DNA of 43,677 nucleotides from a virus: IMG/VR virus record IMGVR_UViG_3300045988_057586, positions 1 to 43,677 of that record; one strand, 5' to 3'. Shown piece by piece: positions 36,648 to 43,586 of this stretch (position 1 is its first letter; each line of letters starts with the position of its first letter). The notes under the pieces were generated by a model. It saw only the letters and a program-made list of their open reading frames with translations, ran no database searches and was not told where the DNA came from. The position numbers and the translations under genes were made by a program.

Positions 36648-37621
36648 TGTTAGGAGTAAATCAGTTGGACTTTATGAGCTACACAGCAGCCTTAAAGTCC
36701 AATTACCGCAAGGGTATTCGCCGGATGGAGGCAATCCTTGCAAACCCGGCCCACGCAAAGGAGTTTGCCGCCAACCTCGGTGGCGTGAGTGTCGTACTGG
36801 GCGTTCCGGTGAATCTGCCGGACCGCAACAGCGACAAGCTGCTTGAGCTGCTGCTCGGCAGTACGGTTGCCGATGATGCGGTGCTGACATGGATGCACCA
36901 GTTTTACGAGTTTACCGGTTGGGACGATCTGCTCAGTGATTCCGCCCGCTGCAAGGAGATGGCCAACAACCCGCTGATCTGGCGCGCGGCCGGCGGCAGT
37001 AAGCTGGCGGTTGGCAAGTCTATTGCTACGTTGGCGGGGCTGTCCTGCGCTGACTATGCAGACATCGACGCGGTAGCGGCTTCTCAGGTTGCTATGACGG
37101 CGGTAGCAGCCTCTCAGGTTGCTATGACGGCCATCCAGAAATCGCAGACTGCACTCAGCTCGATTGCAGCATCGAGCATGGCAACCGCTAAATACGCAGC
37201 CGGTGCAGCAGGACTCAATCCGGCCGACTATGCTGACATGACCGCGATTGCAGCCTCTCAGGTTGCTATGGCGGCTGTAGCGGCCTCCAACACCGCTACA
37301 AAGGCCATCGCCGCATCTCAGACCGCGTTGAACGCGATTGCGGGCAGTACAACGGCGCTGGATGCACTTTATGCCAAGAAAAGCCGCCTGACTGGTGCCA
37401 GCGCATCTAAATCCGGCAAATTTATTATTCTGCAAATTAGCAATGATAGTGTATTTAACACATCGAAGTACGGTTACGCAACTCTGTCTGATGGCAGCCA
37501 GCCCAGTTGGGAAAACTATAAAGGAAAATATGCTTTCTTTATGCAGTACAAGAAGATCGCCACATGCATCAAAAACGATACCGAAGGTGATGACTGGATC
37601 GACTATTTTCCGTGCGGTTGA
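36647..37621 (+). CDS. Variable tail-fibre/adhesin protein: constant N-terminus plus the currently expressed C-terminal tip
   Basis: ATG overlaps the fibre gene stop (TAATG). Decapeptide-periodic AASQVAM repeats contain the recombination cores. Confidence 0.75.
   Translation: MLGVNQLDFMSYTAALKSNYRKGIRRMEAILANPAHAKEFAANLGGVSVVLGVPVNLPDRNSDKLLELLLGSTVADDAVLTWMHQFYEFTGWDDLLSDSARCKEMANNPLIWRAAGGSKLAVGKSIATLAGLSCADYADIDAVAASQVAMTAVAASQVAMTAIQKSQTALSSIAASSMATAKYAAGAAGLNPADYADMTAIAASQVAMAAVAASNTATKAIAASQTALNAIAGSTTALDALYAKKSRLTGASASKSGKFIILQISNDSVFNTSKYGYATLSDGSQPSWENYKGKYAFFMQYKKIATCIKNDTEGDDWIDYFPCG
37082..37101 (+). repeat. Shufflon core site a (tctcaggttgctatgacggc)
   Basis: Part of a 30-bp tandem duplication, 37071-37130. 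Confidence 0.75.
37112..37131 (+). repeat. Shufflon core site b (tctcaggttgctatgacggc)
   Basis: Second unit of the 30-bp tandem duplication. Confidence 0.75.
37228..37275 (+). repeat. Shufflon site c: left arm of the 48-bp inverted repeat
   Basis: Reverse-complement match to 38191-38238 with one mismatch (37243 C versus T). Confidence 0.9.
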
Positions 37622-37647
37622 TGGCCTGAAACAGCCTGTTCTTTGTT

Positions 37648-37805
37648 ACGCATTATCTTCCTAAGACGTACCACGCACCTCAAATATGCTGTTTTAACAC
37701 GGCATATTTGAGAAAACGCGGTGCGAAGATGCATAGCTATACAAAATCAGCGGGCAAATCAGGCTATATTCGGGCGGTTACTGCGCATTAGGAAGATAAT
37801 GCGTA
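37648..37805. repeat. Perfect 18-bp inverted repeat (37648-37665 / 37788-37805) around an AT-rich spacer with an internal hairpin
   Basis: TACGCATTATCTTCCTAA and its exact reverse complement. The inner stem CTCAAATATGC / GCATATTTGAG starts at 37680. Confidence 0.8.
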
Positions 37806-37823
37806 GTAAATCACGTCTAAAAT

Positions 37824-38405
37824 TCAGGCTGCTTTGCAGGGAATATAGACAAATGTAACCCGGCCCGAGGAAGAAGAATCAGCGTTGGCGAAAGCCTCTA
37901 AACCGGCGGATGTAGTGAACAGATTGATGCTCTGTGCACTGCCTGTTGAAGAATACGTCTTGGCTCCGGATGCAGTTTCCGAAGTGTACACATAGCGCAC
38001 ACCGAATGTCCAACCAGAATTATTATGAGTCGCAGAGATGATAAAGCACGGACCGTTCGTTACCAATTTAGCATAATTACCGTTGTATGCACTGGTACTT
38101 ACGCTCTTTTTCAGCGGACTGGAAGCCAAAGCAGCCAATGCAACGGAAGAATTGGTAATTGCAACCCGAGCTTTACCCGATCCGGCAATGGCCGCCATAG
38201 CAACCTGAGAGGCTGCAATCGCAGTCATGTCAGCATAGCCCGACGGATCCAGATTAGCGAGGATTGCAACGGTCTTACCCATGACCGCACTGGTGGCTCC
38301 GGTAAACGTCTTCCACGCGGTCGCGTTGGCCTGCAGTGCTTTGATTGCGGTGTCGCTGCGCCACATAGCAGCCATTGCTACCGGCGATTTAACAATAGCC
38401 GCCAT
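37824..38405 (-). CDS. Silent alternative C-terminal tail-fibre cassette (no own RBS)
   Basis: Its ATG is the one inside core site e. Carries YADMTAIAASQVAMAA identical to the + gene. The tip is a diverged paralogue of the expressed one. Confidence 0.65.
   Translation of the reverse strand: MAAIVKSPVAMAAMWRSDTAIKALQANATAWKTFTGATSAVMGKTVAILANLDPSGYADMTAIAASQVAMAAIAGSGKARVAITNSSVALAALASSPLKKSVSTSAYNGNYAKLVTNGPCFIISATHNNSGWTFGVRYVYTSETASGAKTYSSTGSAQSINLFTTSAGLEAFANADSSSSGRVTFVYIPCKAA
38191..38238 (-). repeat. Shufflon site d: right arm of the 48-bp inverted repeat
   Basis: Inverted copy of 37228-37275. Confidence 0.9.
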
Positions 38406-38413
38406 AGCAACCT
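38398..38413 (-). repeat. Shufflon core site e (inverted aggttgctatggcggc)
   Basis: 16-nt exact inverted copy of 37260-37275, about 75 nt upstream of the recombinase ATG. Confidence 0.75.
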
Positions 38414-38489
38414 AATGCGCACAAAAACGCCCTGATTTTCGGGTTTCGTGTATAATAAATATACCAAAATCCGAAAGGGGAATCACAAT

Positions 38490-39467
38490 ATGACGGCCAA
38501 AACAGAGCTGACAAGGCAGCTTCTCGCAACTTTTGCGGCGGGAACGCCGACCGCAGAAGAACTCGACGCTATCTTAAAAGGCTACATTATTTTTAAGGAA
38601 AATGATGAGCAGCGCAGCGACTTGAAGCGGCGGATCAAGCACTATCTGGGCGCAAAGAAGATTGACGGTCTATCCGCCAGAACGCTGGCGAACTACCGCA
38701 GCCACCTTGAATTATTTGCATCTAAAGTGACCAAGAGCACGGCCAAAATCACTACCGACGACATCCGAGGTTACATTGCTTTTTTGGACGAGACGCACAA
38801 TCTCAAGGAAACGTCACTGCAGACGCATATCAACAGCCTGCGGGCGTTCTTCGGCTGGCTCACGATGGAAGAGAAAATCAAGAAGAACCCGATGAGCAAG
38901 ATCAAGTCCATCAAGATCGACAAGGTAGGAGCACGCCAGGCGCTGACGGTGGAAGAACTGGAACGGCTGCGTGACGCCTGCGTAACTTACCGCGAAAAGG
39001 CACTGATCGAGTTTCTGGTTTCCTCCGGCTGCCGTCTGAACGAGGTTGCTCAGCTGTCGGCCTCTAATCTCGATTTGATGAGCCGGTCAGTGCAGGTCAC
39101 CGGCAAGGGTGACAAGGATCGTGTTGTCTTTTTCAGCATCCGTGCACGCCTGATGATTGAGGAGTATATGGTATCCCGCAAGGGCGGCACCGGCTTGTTT
39201 GTCAGCAGTAAGGCACCCTACGAGCCGCTGAAACCTCGGGCGATCCAGCGCATGGTACGGGCAATCAGCCTGCGGGCCGGTCTGGATAAGCGGGTGCACC
39301 CGCACCTGCTGCGTCATACGTTTGCGACGTTGGCGCTTAACGGCGGCATGGATATTGCGGTCATTCAGCGGCTGTTAGGCCATGAGAATATCGCAACTAC
39401 ACAAATTTACGCGGAAATGTCGGATGAAACAATCCGGCATCAGTATAACAAATATGTAGCGGTTTAA
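38490..39467 (+). CDS. Tyrosine recombinase adjacent to the invertible fibre region (Rci-like role)
   Basis: Catalytic residues SGCRLNE, HPHLLRHTFAT and LGHENIATTQIYAEM. ATG 38490 follows AAAGGGGAA. The upstream GTG 38448 lies in a TATAAT-like box. Confidence 0.9.
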   Translation: MTAKTELTRQLLATFAAGTPTAEELDAILKGYIIFKENDEQRSDLKRRIKHYLGAKKIDGLSARTLANYRSHLELFASKVTKSTAKITTDDIRGYIAFLDETHNLKETSLQTHINSLRAFFGWLTMEEKIKKNPMSKIKSIKIDKVGARQALTVEELERLRDACVTYREKALIEFLVSSGCRLNEVAQLSASNLDLMSRSVQVTGKGDKDRVVFFSIRARLMIEEYMVSRKGGTGLFVSSKAPYEPLKPRAIQRMVRAISLRAGLDKRVHPHLLRHTFATLALNGGMDIAVIQRLLGHENIATTQIYAEMSDETIRHQYNKYVAV

Positions 39468-39485
39468 CCGCGGAAAGGAGCACAA

Positions 39486-39839
39486 ATGAAAATCAACGGA
39501 ATCAAGGCTCTGGATTATCAGTGCCAGGGCGACAGCCTGACGTTGACGCTGACCGAAACCGACTTTGAAACGGTGTCCAACTTGAACACCGCTTTGGTCG
39601 AGGTCCGCACCGATGACGGCGATCTGGTTGAGGCGCACGGCGGCTATGCGCTGCGTGCCATCACCTACGACAAGGACAAGCAGACGTATACTGTCGCTTG
39701 CACCACGGCCGCCGACGATACGACCGCGCAGGCGATCTCGCAGTTAGTGTCTAAGGTGGAGGAACTGGAAACCAGCAACACCGCACTGGCTGCACAGGTG
39801 GACTACATCAGCATGATGACCGATACGGAGGTGGCGTAA
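39486..39839 (+). CDS. Hypothetical protein (XkdW position)
   Basis: 117 aa. RBS GGAAAGGAG. Precedes the XkdX-like gene. Confidence 0.65.
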   Translation: MKINGIKALDYQCQGDSLTLTLTETDFETVSNLNTALVEVRTDDGDLVEAHGGYALRAITYDKDKQTYTVACTTAADDTTAQAISQLVSKVEELETSNTALAAQVDYISMMTDTEVA

Positions 39840-39980
39840 ATGGCTAACTGGTTTGAGAAGATCAAGAAGTATTACGACGCCGGTCTGTGGACCAAGAAAA
39901 TGGTCGGCAATGCGGTGGTGAAGAAGAAAATCACCGTCGAGCAGTACAAGGAAATCACCGGCGAGGACTACAAAAAGTAA
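39840..39980 (+). CDS. xkdX: XkdX-family small protein (46 aa, not in the ORF track)
   Basis: MANWFEKIKKYYDAGLWTKKMVGNAVVKKKITVEQYKEITGEDYKK matches the XkdX signature. Confidence 0.85.
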   Translation: MANWFEKIKKYYDAGLWTKKMVGNAVVKKKITVEQYKEITGEDYKK

Positions 39981-40033
39981 TCCACCGGGATTTTTACACT
40001 TGCGATAGGGCAACAGCCCGGAAAGGAAACATT

Positions 40034-40240
40034 ATGTACCCCAACAACATCTACATCAAGAACTACGCAACCATCAAGAAGTACGCCGGAGATATTGGCG
40101 TGCAGTTGGATAAGTTCGATAACGACCACGGTCTCAAGCACAACGCCCTGCTGCGTGCCCAGTACAAGCACTGGCGCTCCATCCAGACCGGTGTGCCGGA
40201 GCTGCTGAGCGTGGACGATAAGCGCCTGCTGGGGCTGTAA
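40034..40240 (+). CDS. Hypothetical protein (68 aa)
   Basis: ATG 40034 follows GGAAAGGAAAC. The upstream part of ORF 39887 overlaps xkdX. Confidence 0.6.
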   Translation: MYPNNIYIKNYATIKKYAGDIGVQLDKFDNDHGLKHNALLRAQYKHWRSIQTGVPELLSVDDKRLLGL

Positions 40241-40269
40241 AACAAGAAAAACCGCCTGAAAAGGCGGTT
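40241..40269 (-). terminator. Intrinsic terminator oriented for minus-strand transcripts
   Basis: AACCGCCT-GAAA-AGGCGGTT stem (8 bp). The U-run is present only on the minus strand (TTTTTCTTGTT). Confidence 0.55.
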
Positions 40270-40271
40270 CA

Positions 40272-40301
40272 TTGACAGGGTTCGTCAGCGTATGCTATAA
40301 T
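40272..40301 (+). promoter_or_regulatory. Near-consensus sigma-A promoter, rightward
   Basis: TTGACA at 40272-40277, an 18-nt spacer ending in TGC, and TATAAT at 40296-40301. Confidence 0.7.
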
Positions 40302-40380
40302 ACAAACGGACGCTGTTACATATAGCGGTCAGACCCTCTTTTCCTTTCCCGCAGTCTGCGGCAGGAAGGAGGTGGCGCGA

Positions 40381-40455
40381 ATGCAGAAGAAAGCATTTCA
40401 GCTTTTTATGTGTGCGGTCATTGTACTGTACATTTTCTGTATAAAAGCGCGATGA
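40381..40455 (+). CDS. 24-aa hydrophobic peptide MQKKAFQLFMCAVIVLYIFCIKAR (type I toxin-like)
   Basis: GGAGGTG lies 7 nt upstream of the ATG. The SD can pair with the upstream TTCCTTTCC. Single TM-like core flanked by basic residues. Confidence 0.55.
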   Translation: MQKKAFQLFMCAVIVLYIFCIKAR

Positions 40456-40535
40456 CCGCTCGTCTGATCCACGAACGGTCATCTAAATGAACGGTCTATA
40501 GGGTCTGACTGCTGTAACAGCGTCCCTTTGGTTAT

Positions 40536-40563
40536 ATTATAGCACACGCTCCGGCTTTGTCAA
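40536..40563 (-). promoter_or_regulatory. Near-consensus sigma-A promoter, leftward (convergent with 40272)
   Basis: On the minus strand: TTGACA (40563-40558), a 16-nt spacer ending in TGC, and TATAAT (40541-40536). Confidence 0.65.
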
Positions 40564-40610
40564 GAACGACAGACCGGGGCGTTTTTGCGCCTCGAGGGAA
40601 AAGAGGTTTT

Positions 40611-40922
40611 ATGGATAATCCGATCACTCGTGCCGAGCACGAAGAGTTTAGCCGACGACTCGAAGAAGAAAATCGTCGGCAGGACAAGCGTATTGAGCTG
40701 CTAGAGGACAATATGCGCGAGCTGAACAGTCTGACCGCCTCGGTCGGCAAACTGGCCACCAGCATTGAGAGCATGGTCAAGGAGCAGGAAAAGCAGGGCA
40801 AGCGGCTGGAAACGCTCGAGGACCGCGACGGCGCGATGTGGCGCAAGGTTGTGGCTTACGGCGCGACGGCGCTCGTCGGTATTTTCATTGGCTACATTGC
40901 TCGGCAAATTGGCTTGAGTTAA
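40611..40922 (+). CDS. XhlA-like lysis-associated membrane protein
   Basis: Coiled-coil N-terminus plus a single C-terminal TM segment (VVAYGATALVGIFIGYIA). Precedes the holin and amidase as in PBSX. Confidence 0.7.
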   Translation: MDNPITRAEHEEFSRRLEEENRRQDKRIELLEDNMRELNSLTASVGKLATSIESMVKEQEKQGKRLETLEDRDGAMWRKVVAYGATALVGIFIGYIARQIGLS

Positions 40923-40937
40923 GAAAGAGAGGTACTT

Positions 40938-41207
40938 ATGAACTGGAAAATCAGAATCAAGAACCCGGTATTCTGGGTGCAGATCGCCCTCGGCGCGTTT
41001 GCGACGGCGCTGGCCTATGCCGGCCTGACCGCTGCGGATATGACCACCTGGGCGGGCGTGTGGCAGATCATCAAGGACACGGCGGCAAATCCGTACTGCC
41101 TGTTTTTGATTGCCTGCAATGTGTGGTCGGCGTTTAATGACCCGACCACTTCGGGTCTGACCGACTCGGATCGTGCTAAGTCGTACACCGTGCCGCTTGA
41201 GAAGTGA
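40938..41207 (+). CDS. Holin
   Basis: 89 aa with two to three hydrophobic segments, directly upstream of the endolysin. Confidence 0.8.
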   Translation: MNWKIRIKNPVFWVQIALGAFATALAYAGLTAADMTTWAGVWQIIKDTAANPYCLFLIACNVWSAFNDPTTSGLTDSDRAKSYTVPLEK

Positions 41208-41220
41208 GGAGGACACGACT

Positions 41221-42009
41221 ATGCAGATCCATGACGCAAACTTAAAGCACAACGGCAACTGGTCGTACCGCAGCGGTACGTCTGAGATTATCCTGCACCA
41301 TGCCGAGGCAAGCCATGCCAGCGTTGAGGACATCAACCGGTGGCACTTAGAGCGCGGCTGGGCCGGTATCGGCTACAACTACTATGTCCGCAAGGACGGC
41401 ACGATCTGGCGTGGCCGTCCTGAATGGGCTGTTGGTGCCCATGCAAAGGGGCACAACGACAAGTCCATCGGTATCTGTTGCGAGGGCGCGTACATGACCG
41501 AAACCATGCCCGCCGCACAGCTGGCTGCACTCAAGGACCTCATCCGTGACATTATGAGCCGGTACAGCAAGTTGAAGCTGCTGCGGCACAAGGACGTCAA
41601 CGAAACCGACTGTCCGGGTGTAAACTTCCCGTGGGCAGAGGTGCAGAACTATGCCAATCCGCAGCTGGCAAAGAAGGAGGACCCCGAAGTGGTTGAGAAG
41701 AAGAACGTCATGCTCAATGGCAAGACGTACACCTGCGAGTGCATCTGCAAAGATGAGGTAAACTACATCAAGATGCGTTCGTTGGAGCAGGCAGGCTTTA
41801 CGGTCAGCTACGATGCCGTGCGTAAGCTGCCGAGCATCACCGCACCGCAGTGCCGCACGTTCGTGCCGGACGGTACCGTCGAGGTGCAGGCCGCTATCGA
41901 CACCGTGCAGGAAGCTGCCGGTCTGGAGGAGCAAACCATCGAGTATCTGCTGCGGTACCAGTACGGCGAACAGCTCGTGAAGAAGCTAGCGGAAGCGATG
42001 GAGAAGTAA
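41221..42009 (+). CDS. N-acetylmuramoyl-L-alanine amidase endolysin (Amidase_2/PGRP fold)
   Basis: Signatures IILHHAEA, GWAGIGYNYYV, AVGAHAKGHN and DCPG. ATG 41221 follows GAGGAGG. Confidence 0.9.
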   Translation: MQIHDANLKHNGNWSYRSGTSEIILHHAEASHASVEDINRWHLERGWAGIGYNYYVRKDGTIWRGRPEWAVGAHAKGHNDKSIGICCEGAYMTETMPAAQLAALKDLIRDIMSRYSKLKLLRHKDVNETDCPGVNFPWAEVQNYANPQLAKKEDPEVVEKKNVMLNGKTYTCECICKDEVNYIKMRSLEQAGFTVSYDAVRKLPSITAPQCRTFVPDGTVEVQAAIDTVQEAAGLEEQTIEYLLRYQYGEQLVKKLAEAMEK

Positions 42010-42026
42010 CTCGACTGTGCCAGAAA

Positions 42027-42053
42027 TCTGACGACAAATTGACGACACGAGGG
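42027..42053 (+). repeat. Direct repeat 1: two TGACGACA octamers 11 bp apart
   Basis: tctgacgacaaattgacgacacgaggg, compared with tctgacgacattctgacgacacggggg at 42321. Confidence 0.8.
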
Positions 42054-42269
42054 CATAAAAAGGTACGAGAAAGCGCAAAAGTCAGTATCCCCAAACACAC
42101 GATTTTAGAACTTGCGTGCGTTTGAAAAAACGCGAAAGCGTGCGTTTAATGCGCGATTTGTGTCGCTTTTTGTGAGAATTGAATACCCCATGGTTTAGCG
42201 CCTTGCGGAGAAGTACGGTCTGAAGGCTGCACGTCGTGCACCGCAGTTCTCCAAGCGCTAAAACAGCAA

Positions 42270-42305
42270 AATACCACCGAAACTACTGTTCGGTGGTATT
42301 TTTTT
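42270..42305. terminator. Bidirectional intrinsic terminator (ends the lysis operon and int)
   Basis: 12-bp stem AATACCACCGAA / TTCGGTGGTATT with a 7-nt loop. T-runs are present on both strands. Confidence 0.8.
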
Positions 42306-42320
42306 ATGCACTTAGATTTT

Positions 42321-42347
42321 TCTGACGACATTCTGACGACACGGGGG
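42321..42347 (+). repeat. Direct repeat 2: two TGACGACA octamers 11 bp apart
   Basis: Same architecture as 42027-42053. A third variant, TTACGACA, lies at 42353-42360 over the int stop codon. Confidence 0.8.
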
Positions 42348-42352
42348 AACGT

Positions 42353-43465
42353 TTACGACATGGTTTCCTTACGGTCGTCGTCTGTCTTTTTGCGGAATAC
42401 GGCTGCGCGGAGTTCCTCCAGCTCGTTGTGGACGTAGATCTCGGCGGTGACCTGAATGTCCTTGTGGCCGAGGATCTTCTGGATCGTGTAGATGTCCACG
42501 CCGTTCCGGCGCAGGCTGGTGCCGTAGGTATGGCGCATCTCGTGCGAGGTGAGCACCGGAATGTCAGGGTGCCGTTCATGCACGCCGGTCATAAACTTTT
42601 TAAGCCGCTGGGAGAAGTGGTCGGTGTCCTGCAGGCCGCCGGTCTGCGAGGGGAACAGGTACAGACTGTCGTGCGGCAGCGACTGCACCAGGGCAATGCA
42701 CTCGTCCGAGATCGGAATGGTGCGGAAGCTGTTCTTCTTCGGCGCGGCCAGCTTGAGCACGCCGACCTCGGAAACGACAGTGCGCTGGATATGCAGTGAG
42801 CCGTTGCCCGGCTCGAGCACGAAGTCCGTCCACATGGTGCCCAGCAGCTCGCCGCGGCGCATACCGGTATCGAGCAGGAGTGCAGCAGCGGGAAACGCCT
42901 CGAGTGCTTCCTCGCGCACAATGGCGATCTGCTTTTCGGTCAGCACACGCTTGACGCGCTTGTGCGCCGAACTGCTGAACTGCACACGCTTTGCCGGATT
43001 CTTGTAGCACAGGTCGTTCTCGATGGCCGTTTCAAAGATGTCCACCAGGCACAGCCGGATTTTCTTCAGATGCGATGCAGACAGGCCCTTGTGCATGGCG
43101 GCGAACGTCTGCACATCGACCGGCCGCACATCGGTCAGATCGACACTGCCGAAGTACGGCTCCAGATACAGCCGCACGATCTCCTCATAGGTCTGGAGCG
43201 TGTTGTGGCTGACAAACGGCTGCTTGTAGGTCTTGAGCCACCGCTGCGCCCACTGGGAGAAGTTGTAGCTTTTCCGGACGAATGCTTCGCCGGTCCGTGC
43301 GGACACCTCGGAGGCCACACGAAACTCCTCGGCTTTCTTTTTCGCATCGGCAAGGCTGACCGTACTGTAAAAGGACTTGCGCAGCGGCTTGCCGTGAATG
43401 TCGCGGCCGAGCGTGATCTTGTACTCGTAGCGGTTGTCCTTGCGTGTAGGTTTTTTTCTCGGCAT
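42353..43465 (-). CDS. int: Phage integrase (tyrosine recombinase with N-terminal arm-binding-type domain)
   Basis: Catalytic residues TGMRRGE, HEMRHTYGT and LGHKDIQVTAEIYVH. The start MPRKKPTRKDNRYEYKI at 43465 follows AAAGGGG. The longer track ORF has no support. Confidence 0.9.
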   Translation of the reverse strand: MPRKKPTRKDNRYEYKITLGRDIHGKPLRKSFYSTVSLADAKKKAEEFRVASEVSARTGEAFVRKSYNFSQWAQRWLKTYKQPFVSHNTLQTYEEIVRLYLEPYFGSVDLTDVRPVDVQTFAAMHKGLSASHLKKIRLCLVDIFETAIENDLCYKNPAKRVQFSSSAHKRVKRVLTEKQIAIVREEALEAFPAAALLLDTGMRRGELLGTMWTDFVLEPGNGSLHIQRTVVSEVGVLKLAAPKKNSFRTIPISDECIALVQSLPHDSLYLFPSQTGGLQDTDHFSQRLKKFMTGVHERHPDIPVLTSHEMRHTYGTSLRRNGVDIYTIQKILGHKDIQVTAEIYVHNELEELRAAVFRKKTDDDRKETMS

Positions 43466-43507
43466 AAAAATAACCCCTTTCTTACCGTAAAAAAGTATGG
43501 TAAAATA

Positions 43508-43543
43508 GGGGTACTGATGGCTTGGTAGGTTTATCAGTACCCC
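43508..43543. other. Perfect 11-bp stem hairpin upstream of int
   Basis: GGGGTACTGAT, then 14 nt, then ATCAGTACCCC. Confidence 0.6.
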
Positions 43544-43547
43544 ATGT

Positions 43548-43586
43548 CCCGCTCTGGTGTTGGTAGCACCAGGGCGGGATTTTTTT
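43548..43586 (+). terminator. Plus-strand intrinsic terminator-like hairpin
   Basis: CCCGCTCTGGTG / CACCAGGGCGGG stem followed by ATTTTTTT. No + strand gene lies upstream. Confidence 0.5.

Noticed and set aside
36647-38413. A diversity-generating retroelement as the source of fibre variation
   Set aside because: No reverse transcriptase is present anywhere in the window. The repeats are inverted and essentially identical, rather than a TR/VR pair with adenine-specific differences.
36647-39467. A Gin/Cin/Hin-type serine invertase system
   Set aside because: No serine recombinase ORF exists in the window. The adjacent enzyme has the R..HxxR..Y tyrosine-recombinase signature.
40285-40482. 65-aa minus-strand ORF inside the convergent-promoter unit
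   Set aside because: It has no Shine-Dalgarno sequence, its composition is odd, and it lies antisense to the strongly signalled 24-aa ORF. It is better explained as a non-coding antisense RNA.
42146-42331. 61-aa minus-strand ORF downstream of int
   Set aside because: It spans the bidirectional terminator and one TGACGACA repeat, and it has no RBS.
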